The notes beneath the pieces were generated by a model that was not told the origin of the DNA, searched no databases, and saw only the letters and a program-made list of their open reading frames with translations. Shown piece after piece: positions 55,692 to 64,000 of a stretch of DNA of 64,000 nucleotides. Origin of the DNA: an uncultured Chitinophaga sp. (lineage in GTDB: Bacteria > Bacteroidota > Bacteroidia > UKL13-3); NCBI GenBank assembly GCA_964603255.1, contig CAZRVA010000002.1, positions 1,159-65,158 on the forward strand, written 5' to 3'. Position numbers and translations under genes: made by a program. Each line of letters starts with the position of its first letter. Position 1 is the first letter of the stretch.

Positions 55692-58466
55692 ATGTTAAAA
55701 CTATTTACTACCACGAAAACGCTCCTAATTCTATCCTTTGCTTTATTCAGTTCGGGAAAATCTTTCGCCCAGATTAGTATTACAGCCTTGAACTCTGCTG
55801 TAACTGAAAACTTTACAGGTTATTTAAATTCCTCAAGCGGTAGTATTCTGACGAATTGGGAAATGATTGAAGCTAATTTAATAGACAACACTGTTGACCC
55901 ATCAGATGGCAGCTCGTCAACAAGCGGCATATACAGTTTCGGCACAGGTACGAACACAGATAGGGCGATTGGCTCTATAACAGGTAGTTCATTACAGCCT
56001 ATGATTTTTGGAGCAAAATTCCAAAATAATACAGGTCAAGCAATTTCAAGTATAACAGTTCAATATACGGGTGAACAATGGAGGTTAGGTCAGAGTGGAT
56101 TAACAACAGACAAGTTAATTTTTGAATATAGCACTGATGCAACAAGTCTTGGTACTGGTAATTGGGTAGAAGTTTCATCATTAAACTTTGCTGCTCCGAT
56201 AACAACGGGAACAGTTGGTGCATTAGATGGTAATTTAACTGGTAATAAAACTACACTTTCGGCAAATATTGCGGTAAATATAGCAACATCGGGTACAGTA
56301 TTCATTAGGTGGAGAGATCAACAAGCTGGAACAGATGATCATGGCTTAGCGGTTGATGATTTTAGCGTAACGGCTTATGGAAATTTAACGCCAGGTACCT
56401 ATACAGATGCAAATATTCTCGGAACGTTTGTTCTTGGTGGAAATGTTTCTTTAACAGGTACAACTGTTTTTGTGAATAGTTCCTCAAAACTTGATATTGG
56501 TTCTAATACACTTACTATTTCAGGTCCAATTTCAGGAACTCCAATTATAAAAGGCGGTCATTCATCCAATTTAACCATCGATGGCACAGGTACAATTGGT
56601 ACAATTGAATTTGATCAAACCACACCCGGTACTACTAACGTTTTAAATAACCTCACAATTAATCGCTCTGGTGCAACAGTAACATTAGGAAACGCGCTTA
56701 ATATATCAGATAATAACGGAAGCGTGAATTTAACTGCAGGTAATTTAGCAACAGGAGGTAATCTTACGCTTTTGTCAACTTTTACCGGAACAGCTAGAAT
56801 TGGTTCAATAACCAGTAGTGTTTCTGATTTAACAGGTAATGTGACAGCACAACGTTATATGCAAGGAACTGATATTGTTTGGAGAAACTGGAGAACAATG
56901 GGTCCTCCAACCAATAATTTTACGGTATCACAACTTGTAGATGACATTTATGTAACAGGTCCGGGCGGCACATCTAATGGTTTTGATGCAAATGGTACAA
57001 ACTCTTCTGTTATGTATTACCAAGAAAATACAACTGGAGGCAGGGGTTGGAAATCAATAACAAGCACTTCACACAGTTTTGTTCCCGGTGAGGGCATGTT
57101 AGTATTCTACAGAGGCGATAGAACGCAAGTCGCATCAATTACAAATCCTTCAACCATTCCCAATGCCACAACAATAGATGTTACAGGGCCTATTAATAAA
57201 GGTGATGTTTCTGTAAATTTGAGCTACACGAACACTGCATCCCCTACAAACGATGGGTGGAATTTCTTATCAAATCCTTATCCGAGCCAAATGTTATGGG
57301 ATAACACAATTACAAAAGGGGCATTCGTAGATAATTTTATTTCAGTTTGGGTACCTAACACCGATTCTTATTTGGCAACGCAAAATCAAGTTATTGGGGC
57401 ACATCAAGGGTTTTTTGTTCAAACAACAGCGGCTTCACAATCAGTTACCTTCGAAGAAAATGATAAAGTGGCAAGCTTATTTACCCCATACTTTAAAACA
57501 TCACTCAATCCATTTGCAATTAAAATGTTTTCGGATAGTGTTAGACATGATGTTATAAAATTAGACTTTTCAACTGGTGCAAGTAAGAACTATGTTTTTA
57601 AGGAAGATGGTTTAAAAATGTTAAATCCTAAAATCAACATTGGTTACAAAACCCCTAATGACAGAACAGTTCAAATTAATACCGTACCCACGCCAACTAC
57701 AAACAGTACAGATACTTTTGTGGTTTCCACAACTTCAACCAGTAGCGGAAATTTTTGGTTAACCTTTGAAGACAAAGCCATTTTACCTGCAAACAAAAAC
57801 GTATTTTTAGTAGATGGTTTTAACAACAACATCATAGATGTTAAAACAACCAATAGCTACACATTTACCATCAATAATGCTAACAGCGCAACTTACGGTA
57901 ACCGTTTTAAATTAATAATAACCGATCAGTTTAACCCGCTTCCGGTAAAATTAGCAACGTTTACCGGTAATAAATTAGGTAAATCAAACTTATTAAAGTG
58001 GACTTCGGTTGGAGAGAAAAACCTGATTAATTACGAAGTTGAAAGAAGCAGTGATGGTAAAAACTTTGAATCTATTGGCTTGGTAAAAGCTACTAACTCC
58101 TCAGCTAACACCAATTATAGTTTTGTTGATGAAAACCTAGGATCAAGTAGTGTAAACTACTACCGATTAAAAATTAACGAAAATAAAGGTGTTAACAGTT
58201 ACTCTAACATCATTAGCATATCAAACGATGCGTTACAAAATGTGATGGTTGAAGTTTATCCTAATCCGGCACAAAATAATATCAGTATAAAACTTGAAGA
58301 AAATAACACCTTTGAATCGGCAGTTATTTTTGATATTAACGGAAAAGCTGTTTTAAACACCAAAACAGCCGAAGTAATTGATATATCAGCACTATTACCC
58401 GGTGTTTACACCATTCAAGTGAATACAGGTTTAAGTGAGCAAAAAGTTAAATTTATTAAACACTAA
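55692..58466 (+). CDS. T9SS-sorted surface protein, paralog of the C-terminal half of the preceding giant protein
   Basis: 924 aa with a signal peptide (LLILSFALFSSGKSFAQ), an N-terminal beta-sandwich-like domain ending LAVDDFSVTA, then about 660 aa collinear with residues ~1240-1905 of the 49690 ORF (FDQTT.GTTN.L..LTINRSGATV.LGN; GPGG..NGFD; GWN...NPYPSQ; NPLP.KL..F.G). T9SS CTD (VYPNPAQNNISIKL ... GVYTIQVNT). A TACATTTG -7-like box lies at 55664-55671. Confidence 0.8.
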   Translation: MLKLFTTTKTLLILSFALFSSGKSFAQISITALNSAVTENFTGYLNSSSGSILTNWEMIEANLIDNTVDPSDGSSSTSGIYSFGTGTNTDRAIGSITGSSLQPMIFGAKFQNNTGQAISSITVQYTGEQWRLGQSGLTTDKLIFEYSTDATSLGTGNWVEVSSLNFAAPITTGTVGALDGNLTGNKTTLSANIAVNIATSGTVFIRWRDQQAGTDDHGLAVDDFSVTAYGNLTPGTYTDANILGTFVLGGNVSLTGTTVFVNSSSKLDIGSNTLTISGPISGTPIIKGGHSSNLTIDGTGTIGTIEFDQTTPGTTNVLNNLTINRSGATVTLGNALNISDNNGSVNLTAGNLATGGNLTLLSTFTGTARIGSITSSVSDLTGNVTAQRYMQGTDIVWRNWRTMGPPTNNFTVSQLVDDIYVTGPGGTSNGFDANGTNSSVMYYQENTTGGRGWKSITSTSHSFVPGEGMLVFYRGDRTQVASITNPSTIPNATTIDVTGPINKGDVSVNLSYTNTASPTNDGWNFLSNPYPSQMLWDNTITKGAFVDNFISVWVPNTDSYLATQNQVIGAHQGFFVQTTAASQSVTFEENDKVASLFTPYFKTSLNPFAIKMFSDSVRHDVIKLDFSTGASKNYVFKEDGLKMLNPKINIGYKTPNDRTVQINTVPTPTTNSTDTFVVSTTSTSSGNFWLTFEDKAILPANKNVFLVDGFNNNIIDVKTTNSYTFTINNANSATYGNRFKLIITDQFNPLPVKLATFTGNKLGKSNLLKWTSVGEKNLINYEVERSSDGKNFESIGLVKATNSSANTNYSFVDENLGSSSVNYYRLKINENKGVNSYSNIISISNDALQNVMVEVYPNPAQNNISIKLEENNTFESAVIFDINGKAVLNTKTAEVIDISALLPGVYTIQVNTGLSEQKVKFIKH

Positions 58467-58574
58467 GTAAAATCATAACAATCAGTTTACATGCAAATTT
58501 CAAGATAATTGTTAATTGCCCACTTAAACTAAAATAGGAATAACCATTAAACGGAATATACCAGTATAATAAAG

Positions 58575-59213
58575 ATGAAACGAACAATTAAACTTTTAAT
58601 ATTTATCATCCTGTCCATATTTAGTAACGTATCCATCGCTCAATACGCTGATGATTACGGATACAACGAAGACGACTATGATGGTGAGTATGAATACAAC
58701 AGTTATAATAACAACTACTACCAAAGATACTCAGAAGACGAATATCGCAAGCGCCAAGAGCGCTTTTATAAAAAAAGTTACGAGGAAGAAGATTTGTACA
58801 ATGGTGGCTATCGCAGAAAGAACTATTCTTCGTCTGAAAGTTACTACGGTGTTGGTGGCTTAAACATGGGTGGAATTGGCTCAAAAGGAAACTCGTGGTT
58901 TGGAGGTAACAACAATGATGTTCCAACACCTGTAAAACCAAGAAACTTTGACCCATTTGACACCAAAGAAGTCGGTATAGTTGATGGTGTAGATCGCCTA
59001 GCTGATGATGCTAAAGGTGCAACTACCACAAACGATCCAAGCAAAGGCGTTGGTGAGATTAACCCAGGTGACGATAAGAAAACAGAAACTGCACCACCAC
59101 CACCAGATGAGCCGGATATTCCGGTAGACACTGCAATTCCTTTTTTAATTGCGGCTGGATTAATGATTGCAGGATTAAAACTTAATAAATTTAAAAACGC
59201 GTTAGTTAACTAA
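58575..59213 (+). CDS. Secreted low-complexity (Tyr/Asn/Asp/Glu-rich) protein with a C-terminal Pro-rich motif, TM helix and basic tail
   Basis: 212 aa with a signal peptide (LLIFIILSIFSNVSIAQ) and a Tyr-rich acidic region (YADDYGYNEDDYDGEYEYNSYNNNYY). C-terminus is APPPPDEPDIPVDTAIPFLIAAGLMIAGLKLNKFKN. Confidence 0.55.
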   Translation: MKRTIKLLIFIILSIFSNVSIAQYADDYGYNEDDYDGEYEYNSYNNNYYQRYSEDEYRKRQERFYKKSYEEEDLYNGGYRRKNYSSSESYYGVGGLNMGGIGSKGNSWFGGNNNDVPTPVKPRNFDPFDTKEVGIVDGVDRLADDAKGATTTNDPSKGVGEINPGDDKKTETAPPPPDEPDIPVDTAIPFLIAAGLMIAGLKLNKFKNALVN

Positions 59214-59226
59214 CGCGTTTTTTTTA
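59193..59226. terminator. Bidirectional Rho-independent terminator
   Basis: A5 run, perfect stem AACGCGTTAG (59196-205) / CTAACGCGTT (59210-219) with loop TTAA, then a T-run. It sits between convergent genes. Confidence 0.8.
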
Positions 59227-59229
59227 TGA

Positions 59230-61251
59230 TTACTGACTAATCTGTTGCCAAAATACTGGAATGCTCTCGGCTGGTAACCCGCAAGATTTATCAATACAAC
59301 GGTAAAACTTGATGGTATCTGTTACTTGTTTATCTGCCAATAGAGGAATAGCAGATTGCTGGCTGACCACTAATGCAAGCTTATTAGGTAGATATTGTTT
59401 GTGTAAATCAAACCTGAAATAATTAGCGTTTTTACCGGCACAAACCAATTGATTAAAACCATACCATTTAAACAATATTACTTGAAACCAATTGCTATAA
59501 CCCATTGGGTGTTTCTTTAATTTAGGTTGAATTTGAAGCAACATTCTATCGCAAATTTGATGGTACTTGTCTTCATCAAACAGATATCCCAATTGCACTA
59601 AACACTTTGCCAAAATAGAATTTGATGAAGAAATCACATCATCATTGGTATCAATTTTTCGTGCAACAAGCTGCTTATCATCATGCGATTTAAAATAAAA
59701 CATACCTGACTCCTGATTGTAAAACTTGGCAATAGCTGAATCCAAAATTTTCTTGGCAAAGTGCAAATAAGTATCATCACTACAAGCCTCATATAACCTT
59801 ATAAAACCTTCACAAGTAGTTGCATAATCTTCTGCAAATCCTGAAATAGATGTTACTCCGTTTTTATGAATCCTTAATAGCTTATCATCTTGCCACATTG
59901 TATTCATTATAAAATTGGCCGCGGTTTTAGCAACGGCTAAATAACTTTCATTGCCTAAAACCAAGTAAGCATCTGCAAATGCCTTTATGGTTAATGCATT
60001 CCAGGAAGTAATCATTTTATCATCCAATCCCGGCCTAATACGATTTGCTCTAACAGCTAATAACTTATCGTTACAACGATTTACAACCAGCTCAATTTCT
60101 ACTATTGATTTACCGGTTAACTTTTCTAACTCTTCATCACTACGGGTTTTGTATAAAATATTTACACCATCTTCCCAATTTCCGTAAGCATCAACACTAA
60201 AATATAAGCTGTACAATGGTGCATCATCACCCAATACATCTACTATTTCTTTATATGTCCAAGTATAAAATTTGCCTTCTACGCCTTCGCTGTCGGCATC
60301 TAAGGCACTATAAAAATATCCTCGTTCATGCATCAACTCCCTTGTAATAAAACCAAGTGTATTGTTGATGGTATTTGCATACAGTTGTTTTCCCGTTACT
60401 TGATAAGCTTGCGCATACAAACTAACCAACTGTGCATTATCATACAGCATTTTTTCAAAATGAGGAACTTTCCAATAACTATCGGTGCTGTATCTGGCAA
60501 AGCCACCACCAACTTGGTCGTAAATTCCACCTTCAGCCATTTTGTTTAATGTAGTAACAACAGCCTCCATTAAAGTTACATCTTTGGTATAATGGTATTG
60601 ATGTAAAAACAATTCCCAGTTATTGGGCATAGGAAATTTAGGAGCCCAAGAATAACCACCATAATGTAAATCAAAATTTTGTTTCCAATCATTGATGATT
60701 TGATTCATCTCTTGTTTAGAAATCAAAGCAGAATCCGACTCACCCGCCAACACATTTAACTTACGAATGCCGTTAGTTAGCTCGGTTGCATATTGCATGG
60801 CTTCTTCGGTTTTGTTTTCGTAAAAATCGGCCAAGGATTTTAATACACGTTCCCACTCTTGTTTTGGGAAATAGGTACCACCGTGTATTGGTCTGCCATC
60901 GGGTAAAGTAAAACAATTTAGAGGCCATCCTCCCCTACCTGTAAGCAATTGCACAGCATCCATATATATTTGATCAACATCAGGGCGCTCTTCCCTATCT
61001 ACCTTAATGCATACAAAATATTTGTTCATGATTTCTGCTGTATCTTCTTGTTCAAAACATTCACGTTCCATAACATGGCACCAATGGCAAGCCGAATAAC
61101 CAATGCTTACCAATATGAGTTTATTTTCTCTTCTTGCAATTTCAAAAGCCTCCTCGCCCCACTCATACCAGTTAACCGGATTGTGTGCGTGTTGAAGCAA
61201 ATATGGACTTGAAGCATGTATAAGTTTGTTGGTGTGTTTTTTATTTTCCAT
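59230..61251 (-). CDS. Thioredoxin-domain protein (DUF255 / YyaL-type, N-acylglucosamine epimerase-like C-terminal barrel)
   Basis: About 673 aa from ATG 61251: [22 protein letters not shown] ... [16 protein letters not shown]. Confidence 0.8.
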   Translation of the reverse strand: MENKKHTNKLIHASSPYLLQHAHNPVNWYEWGEEAFEIARRENKLILVSIGYSACHWCHVMERECFEQEDTAEIMNKYFVCIKVDREERPDVDQIYMDAVQLLTGRGGWPLNCFTLPDGRPIHGGTYFPKQEWERVLKSLADFYENKTEEAMQYATELTNGIRKLNVLAGESDSALISKQEMNQIINDWKQNFDLHYGGYSWAPKFPMPNNWELFLHQYHYTKDVTLMEAVVTTLNKMAEGGIYDQVGGGFARYSTDSYWKVPHFEKMLYDNAQLVSLYAQAYQVTGKQLYANTINNTLGFITRELMHERGYFYSALDADSEGVEGKFYTWTYKEIVDVLGDDAPLYSLYFSVDAYGNWEDGVNILYKTRSDEELEKLTGKSIVEIELVVNRCNDKLLAVRANRIRPGLDDKMITSWNALTIKAFADAYLVLGNESYLAVAKTAANFIMNTMWQDDKLLRIHKNGVTSISGFAEDYATTCEGFIRLYEACSDDTYLHFAKKILDSAIAKFYNQESGMFYFKSHDDKQLVARKIDTNDDVISSSNSILAKCLVQLGYLFDEDKYHQICDRMLLQIQPKLKKHPMGYSNWFQVILFKWYGFNQLVCAGKNANYFRFDLHKQYLPNKLALVVSQQSAIPLLADKQVTDTIKFYRCIDKSCGLPAESIPVFWQQISQ

Positions 61252-61322
61252 GAACAACAAAGCTAACTATTGAAATTTTATTATTTATATTTGATTTGTA
61301 TATAAAATATAACCTAAGCCCC

Positions 61323-62867
61323 ATGCTCATTAAAACATACGGAAGCGCTGTACATGGCGTAAATGCTGTAACCATTACTATTGAAGTGAATGTATCAAAC
61401 CAAGGTGTTGGTTACAGTTTGGTAGGATTACCCGATAATGCCGTAAAGGAAGGTCACCACAGAATAGAAACTGCCGTTAAAAACATGGGCCTTAAAATGC
61501 CACGTTTACGTGTGGTTATTAATATGGCTCCTGCCGATATTAGAAAAGAAGGTTCATCGTACGATTTGCCCATTGCACTTGGTTATTTAGCTGGATCAGA
61601 ACAAATGCTTGGCGAAAATTTAAACAAGTACATCATTATGGGTGAGTTGGCATTAGATGGTTCTTTAAAACCCATTAAAGGTGCTTTACCTATTGCCATA
61701 CAAGCACGAAAAGAAGGTTTTGATGGATTTATTTTACCCAAAGAAAACGCTAGAGAAGCTGCCATTGTAAATAACTTAAAAGTATACGGTGCCGAAAACA
61801 TAAAAGAGGTAATAGATTTTTTTAACAACGAAGGCACACTTGAACAATTTGAAATTGATACACGTGCCGAGTTTGAAAACAACCTCCATAAAAACGAAAA
61901 CGATTTTTCGGATGTTCGCGGACAAGAAAATATTAAACGTGCATTAGAGATTGCAGCAGCAGGCGGACACAACGTTATTTTAATTGGTCCTCCGGGTGCA
62001 GGAAAAACAATGCTGGCTAAACGTTTGCCAAGTATTTTACCACCGCTTACTTTACACGAAGCATTAGAAACAACTAAAATACATTCTGTTGCCGGAAGAT
62101 TAAATAAAGAAACATCATTATTGTATCAGCGTCCGTTTAGAAGTCCACACCATACGATTTCTGACATTGCTTTAGTTGGTGGAGGTAACAATCCGCAACC
62201 GGGCGAAATAAGCTTGGCGCACAATGGGGTATTATTTTTGGATGAGTTACCCGAGTTTAAACGCACGGTGCTAGAAGTGATGCGTCAACCATTAGAGGAA
62301 AGAAGAATTACCATTTCTCGTGCTAAATTTTCTATTGAGTATCCATCAAGTTTTATGTTGATTGCATCGATGAATCCTTGTCCTTGTGGATACTTTAATC
62401 ACCCGGAAAAAGAATGTGTTTGCGGACCGGGAATGGTTCAAAAATATTTAAGTAAGGTATCGGGACCATTGTTGGATAGAATTGACATACATATTGAAGT
62501 TACTCCGGTAGATTTCGAACAATTAACAGATACACGCAAAGCAGAAAAAAGCGAAAGTATAAGAGAGCGTGTCATGAAAGCCCGTGAAATCCAAACCCAG
62601 CGATTTACCGAAAATGAAGGCATACATAGTAATGCCATGATGAGCAGTACCAAAGTTAGAGAGGTATGTCAGATTAATGCTGCAGGTCAAACTCTATTAA
62701 AAACAGCTATGACCCGATTACAGTTATCAGCACGCGCTTATGATAGAATTTTAAAAGTAGCACGTACCATTGCAGATTTGGATGGCAGTGAAGACATACA
62801 AATTGAACACTTGGCAGAAGCCATACAATACCGTAGTTTAGATAGAGAAAGCTGGGGGGCGAGTTAG
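61323..62867 (+). CDS. comM: YifB/ComM family Mg-chelatase-like ATPase
   Basis: ATG 61323 ([12 protein letters not shown]...). Lon-protease-like N-domain, AAA+ core ([21 protein letters not shown]) and Zn-ribbon-like CPCGY...CVC. Confidence 0.85.
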   Translation: MLIKTYGSAVHGVNAVTITIEVNVSNQGVGYSLVGLPDNAVKEGHHRIETAVKNMGLKMPRLRVVINMAPADIRKEGSSYDLPIALGYLAGSEQMLGENLNKYIIMGELALDGSLKPIKGALPIAIQARKEGFDGFILPKENAREAAIVNNLKVYGAENIKEVIDFFNNEGTLEQFEIDTRAEFENNLHKNENDFSDVRGQENIKRALEIAAAGGHNVILIGPPGAGKTMLAKRLPSILPPLTLHEALETTKIHSVAGRLNKETSLLYQRPFRSPHHTISDIALVGGGNNPQPGEISLAHNGVLFLDELPEFKRTVLEVMRQPLEERRITISRAKFSIEYPSSFMLIASMNPCPCGYFNHPEKECVCGPGMVQKYLSKVSGPLLDRIDIHIEVTPVDFEQLTDTRKAEKSESIRERVMKAREIQTQRFTENEGIHSNAMMSSTKVREVCQINAAGQTLLKTAMTRLQLSARAYDRILKVARTIADLDGSEDIQIEHLAEAIQYRSLDRESWGAS

Positions 62868-63217
62868 TCTAAATCCAATTCAACAGACGGGTCCCAGAAT
62901 AATTCCTCAAAATTTATTACCTCATCATTAACCACTCTTACGCCATCTTGCAACAACAACTCTTGCATCCGTGTTGGTGTAGCAAAATGAAATTTCCCGG
63001 TTAACAACCCATTACGGTTAACAACCCGTTGTGCCGGAACATCGGGCAAAGCATGAGCTGCATTCATGGCATAACCCACCATTCTGCTACTTTTAGCTGC
63101 TCCCAAATACTTTGCAATCGCACCATAGGTTGTCACTCTTCCTTTAGGAACTAAACGCACAACATCATACACATCATTAAAAAAAGTAGTTTGTTTACTC
63201 AATGGTGATTTTTGCAT
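62864..63217 (-). CDS. MGMT-family DNA-binding protein lacking the acceptor cysteine (alkyltransferase-like, ATL)
   Basis: About 117 aa from ATG 63217: [14 protein letters not shown] (HTH) and [11 protein letters not shown], where true O6-alkylguanine transferases have PCHRV. It overlaps the comM stop by 4 nt, convergent. Confidence 0.65.
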   Translation of the reverse strand: MQKSPLSKQTTFFNDVYDVVRLVPKGRVTTYGAIAKYLGAAKSSRMVGYAMNAAHALPDVPAQRVVNRNGLLTGKFHFATPTRMQELLLQDGVRVVNDEVINFEELFWDPSVELDLD

Positions 63218-63289
63218 AAGCAATTATAATTAATGTCAGTTACGCAATCAACACTAAAGGATTTAAAGTAAACCCTTAAATTCGCAACC

Positions 63290-63907
63290 ATGAGTTTTTT
63301 AACTAAAGTAAAATTTAGCAATGTAACCAACTTAAGCGATGCACGTTATGCGGCAGCTGTTGGTATTGAATACATAGGTTTTTGTTTTGACACAGCAAGT
63401 ACCGATTACATCGCGCCAATTAAAGCAAAAGAAATGATTGATTGGATAACAGGAAGTAACATTGTTGCCGAGTTTGGTCATCAATCATTAGAAGAAATTA
63501 AAGACATTAGCGAGTTACTAAACGTTGATGCTGTTGAACTAAACAACAATATTTTGCCCGATGAATTACCGGAAATTGGCAAAGCAATTATTAAAAAAAT
63601 TGATGTAAATAAGTACACCAAAGAGCAGTTAGAAAAAGAGATTACTGCTTACGCAAAATATTGTGATGCATTTCATTTATATGCATCAGGCAAACCCGAA
63701 AATTATGATTGCGAACAACTGGTTGAGTTATGTAAAAAACATCAAATTATTTGGGGACTTGATGTTTCTAAGCAAACAATAATCAACACCATTAACTCAT
63801 TTAAACCCTTTGCAATTAATGTGTCGGGTGGTACAGAAGAGCAAGTAGGAATCAAAGATTTTGATGAGTTGAATGAATTACTTGAAATGATTACATTAGA
63901 GGATTAA
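63290..63907 (+). CDS. Phosphoribosylanthranilate isomerase (TrpF)-like TIM-barrel protein
   Basis: 205 aa: KVKFSNVTNLSDARYAAAVGIEYIGFCF and C-terminal NVSGGTEEQVGIKDFDEL resemble TrpF blocks (K.CG.T...D, D.sGGtG..fDW), but with substitutions. No other trp genes are nearby. Confidence 0.45.
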   Translation: MSFLTKVKFSNVTNLSDARYAAAVGIEYIGFCFDTASTDYIAPIKAKEMIDWITGSNIVAEFGHQSLEEIKDISELLNVDAVELNNNILPDELPEIGKAIIKKIDVNKYTKEQLEKEITAYAKYCDAFHLYASGKPENYDCEQLVELCKKHQIIWGLDVSKQTIINTINSFKPFAINVSGGTEEQVGIKDFDELNELLEMITLED

Positions 63908-63916
63908 TAATTTATT

Positions 63917-64000
63917 ATGCAATTACCCAATATAAGCATTGGCATGTTTGAGCACCGTTTATTGATTGCGTTTGTTTTAGGAACTGTTATTGGTCTTGAA
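63917..64000 (+). CDS. MgtC/SapB family membrane protein, N-terminal fragment (runs off the window end)
   Basis: Manual translation gives MQLPNISIGMFEHRLLIAFVLGTVIGLE, resembling the conserved MgtC N-terminus (..rl.lA..lG..IGlER). Confidence 0.45.
   Translation, partial: MQLPNISIGMFEHRLLIAFVLGTVIGLE

Noticed and set aside
1-64000. Scan for CRISPR arrays, rRNA/tRNA genes, IS elements/transposases, integrases, prophage structural genes and biosynthetic gene clusters.
   Set aside because: No spacer-repeat periodicity, no tRNA-like cloverleaf candidates in intergenic regions, and no ORF with DDE, tyrosine- or serine-recombinase, capsid/terminase or PKS/NRPS motifs was seen. The only notable DNA repeats are the parD duplication and intragenic coding repeats.

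Overview
A 64-kb chromosomal window from a low-GC Bacteroidota genome, Flavobacteriia-like. Lineage evidence: gldA/gldF/gldG gliding-motility ABC genes, three proteins with type-A T9SS C-terminal sorting domains, TAnnTTTG-type -7 promoter boxes, frequent TTG/GTG starts and no obvious Shine-Dalgarno sites. Most of the window is core genome: recF (partial), pdhA, ribH, purN, rlmD, rho, a 2-Cys peroxiredoxin, ftsK, a methylmalonyl-CoA mutase large subunit, dnaA, the gld ABC operon, a complete dcw cluster (mraZ-rsmH-ftsL-ftsI-murE-mraY-murD-ftsW-murG-murC-ftsQ-ftsA-ftsZ), comM/yifB and others. I found no rRNA, tRNA, CRISPR array, transposase or integrase. There are three accessory or unusual parts. 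(1) A tightly packed two-gene module at 19573-21162, an ABC/OLD-type ATPase plus a miniature Toprim-like protein, sits between the mutase and a split 5'-nucleotidase; this is my best candidate for a poorly described anti-phage defence system. (2) A roughly 4.3-kb AT-rich islet at 10.2-14.6 kb lies between the peroxiredoxin gene and ftsK. It carries parDE, a 98%-identical orphan parD copy, an orphan HigA-like XRE gene, a secreted TPR protein and a DUF2971 protein, and ends at an odd GC-rich dyad element. (3) A surface-protein locus at 49.7-59.2 kb holds two paralogous modular T9SS cargo proteins (1905 and 924 aa) and a Tyr/Asn/Asp-rich protein with a sorting-signal-like C-terminus. Other points are a Rho with an AT-hook and N/Q-rich insertion, a textbook MraZ operator (three GTGG boxes at 10-bp phasing), an 11-bp perfect inverted repeat over the peroxiredoxin promoter, a Cys-less MGMT (ATL-like) protein and a class II Fic protein next to dnaA. 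All calls rest on reading the ORF translations and the DNA by eye; no database search or computation was run.
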